Shown here: in pieces, positions 18,301 to 19,373 of the stretch
How the letters are laid out: each line of letters opens with the position of its first letter
How positions within the stretch are numbered: position 1 is the first letter of the stretch
Source: a virus
Lineage: Duplodnaviria; Heunggongvirae; Uroviricota; Caudoviricetes
Virus record (IMG/VR): IMGVR_UViG_2617270959_000004
Reading direction: 5' to 3' (one strand)
Length of the DNA stretch: 19,373 nucleotides
The notes under the pieces: generated by a model
What the model was told of the DNA's origin: nothing
Seen by the model: only the letters and a program-made list of their open reading frames with translations
Database searches by the model: none
Translations under genes and position numbers: made by a program

Positions 18301-18754
18301 CTGTCGGGTTCTGGGAAAACTGTCCGCCAACCAGATTGAAGGCGATCTCGTTAAAACAGTGGGCAAAGCTTTCCCCCGGGACTCCCGTGCACCGGAGCGG
18401 TGGCCATCAGGGACCATTACCGTCAGGGTTTATGACGATCAGCCGTTTGACCGGCAGATTGTTATTCCGGCGGTGGCATTCAGCGGCGCTAAACATGAGA
18501 AAGAGCATACTGATATTTACTCCTCATGCCGTCTGATAGTGCGGAAAAACGGTGCTGAAATTTATAACCGTACCGCGCTGGATAATACGCTGATTTACAG
18601 TGGCGTTATTGATATGCCTGCCGGTCACGGTCACATGACGCTGGAGTTTTCGGTGTCAGCATGGCTGGTAAATGACTGGTATCCCACAGCAAGTATCAGC
18701 GATTTGCTGGTTGTGGTGATGAAGAAAGCCACCGCAGGCATCAGTATCAGCTGA
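15359..18754 (+). CDS. J: Central tail fibre / host specificity protein J
   Basis: GGAG at 15347-15350; 1131 aa; N-terminal ~980 residues nearly identical to remembered lambda gpJ; C-terminal ~150 residues diverged. Confidence 0.95.
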   Translation: MGKGSSKGHTPREAKDNLKSTQLLSVIDAISEGPVEGPVDGLKSVLLNSTPVLDIEGNTNISGVTVVFRAGEQEQTPPEGFESSGSETVLGTEVKYDTPITRTITSANIDRLRFTFGVQALVETTSKGDRNPSEVRLLVQIQRNGGWVTEKDITIKGKTTSQYLASVVVGNLPPRPFNIRMRRMTPDSTTDQLQNKTLWSSYTEIIDVKQCYPNTALVGVQVDSEQFGSQQVSRNYHLRGRILQVPSNYNPQTRQYSGIWDGTFKPAYSNNMAWCLWDMLTHPRYGMGKRLGAADVDKWTLYVIGQNCDQSVPDGFGGTEPRITCNAYLTTQRKAWDVLSDFCSAMRCMPVWNGQTLTFVQDRPSDKVWTYNRSNVVMPDDGAPFRYSFSALKDRHNAVEVNWIDPDNGWETATELVEDTQAIARYGRNVTKMDAFGCTSRGQAHRAGLWLIKTELLETQTVDFSVGAEGLRHVPGDVIEICDDDYAGISIGGRVLAVNSQTRTLTLDREITLPSSGTTLISLVDGSGNPVSVEVQSVTDGVKVKVSRVPDGVAEYSVWGLKLPTLRQRLFRCVSIRENDDGTYAITAVQHVPEKEAIVDNGAHFDGDQSGTVNGVTPPAVQHLTAEVTADSGEYQVLARWDTPKVVKGVSFLLRLTVAADDGSERLVSTARTTETTYRFTQLALGNYRLTVRAVNAWGQQGDPASVSFRIAAPAAPSRIELTPGYFQITATPHLAVYDPTVQFEFWFSEKRIADIRQVETSARYLGTALYWIAASINIKPGRDYYFYIRSVNTVGKSAFVEAVGRASDDAEGYLDFFKGQITESHLGKELLEKVELTEDNASRLEEFSKEWKDASDKWNAMWGVKIEQTKDGKHYVAGIGLSMEDTEEGKLSQFLVAANRIAFIDPANGNETPMFVAQGNQIFMNDVFLKRLTAPTITSGGNPPAFSLTPDGRLTAKNADISGNVNANSGTLNNVTINENCRVLGKLSANQIEGDLVKTVGKAFPRDSRAPERWPSGTITVRVYDDQPFDRQIVIPAVAFSGAKHEKEHTDIYSSCRLIVRKNGAEIYNRTALDNTLIYSGVIDMPAGHGHMTLEFSVSAWLVNDWYPTASISDLLVVVMKKATAGISIS

Positions 18755-18772
18755 ATTTTATAACCCATATAC

Positions 18773-18798
18773 GGGCGCCAGAAATGGCGCCTTTTTTA
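18773..18798 (+). terminator. Intrinsic terminator downstream of J
   Basis: GGCGCC-AGAAAU-GGCGCC perfect 6-bp GC stem followed by six T, 20 nt after the J stop. Confidence 0.7.
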
Positions 18799-18821
18799 TT
18801 GCAGAAAAGCGAGAGGTAATT

Positions 18822-19373
18822 ATGCGTAAAGTTTGTGCAGCCATTTTGTCCGCAGCCATCTGTCTGTCCGTATCCGGTGCGCCTGCATGGGCATCTGAAC
18901 ATCAGTCCACGCTGAGCGCGGGGTATCTTCATGCCTCGACGAACGTTCCCGGCAGCGATGATCTTAACGGGATTAACGTGAAATACCGTTATGAGTTTAC
19001 GGACACACTGGGGCTGGTGACGTCATTCAGCTATGCAGGAGACAAGAATCGCCAGCTTACCCGTTACAGCAATACCCGCTGGCATGAAGATTCCGTGCGT
19101 AACCGCTGGTTCAGCGTGATGGTGGGGCCGTCTGTGCGCGTGAATGAATGGTTCAGCGCGTATGCGATGGCGGGTATGGCTTACAGCCGTGTGTCGACTT
19201 TTTCCGGGGATTATCTCCGCGTAACTGACAATAAGGGGAAAACGCACGATGTGCTGACCGGAAGTGATGACGGTCGCCACAGCAACACGTCTCTGGCGTG
19301 GGGAGCTGGCGTGCAGTTTAACCCGACCGAATCCGTGGCCATTGATATTGCTTATGAAGGCTCCGGCAGTGGT
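18822..19373 (+). CDS. lom: Lom-family (Ail/PagC/OmpX-like) outer membrane protein, 3' end outside window
   Basis: GAGAGG SD 5 nt upstream; signal-peptide-like N-terminus ending AWA; aligns with remembered lambda Lom ([25 protein letters not shown]); frame is open to the window edge, so it is absent from the ORF track. Confidence 0.88.

Noticed and set aside
18755-18821. Possible sigma70 promoter for lom (TATAAC-like hexamer near 18759-18764)
   Set aside because: No convincing -35 element at the right spacing, and the hexamer lies upstream of the J terminator, so a transcript from it would meet the terminator first. Not supportable from sequence alone.
1-19373. Search for CRISPR arrays, tRNA/rRNA genes, or toxin-antitoxin, restriction-modification or other defence modules
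   Set aside because: No direct-repeat/spacer periodicity, no tRNA-like or rRNA-like segments, and no intergenic space larger than about 90 bp apart from the IS1. Every sizeable ORF is accounted for by phage structural genes or IS1.

Overview
This window is the late (virion morphogenesis) region of a lambdoid prophage from an enterobacterial host (E. coli/Shigella-like), with every gene on the + strand. An IS1 copy (1-709, left end off-window) abuts a 5'-truncated gene fragment. Downstream are terminase large subunit, a gpW-like protein, portal, a single-ORF ClpP-like protease/scaffold/major-capsid fusion, a small head protein and FII/Z/U-like head-tail joining genes. The tail module is co-linear with phage lambda V-G-T-H-M-L-K-I-J and ends in a partial lom-family outer-membrane moron. 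I recognised no rRNA, tRNA or CRISPR array. I do not see evidence for a new non-phage system such as a defence island; the gene content is fully explained by phage structural genes plus IS1. The points worth a second look are the IS1 insertion with an amber-interrupted insB, the mosaic head/tail organisation, a variant G-T frameshift site, a long tape measure protein and a J protein with a diverged C-terminal region. All homology statements rest on reading the translations and on remembered lambda/IS1 sequences, not on database searches.
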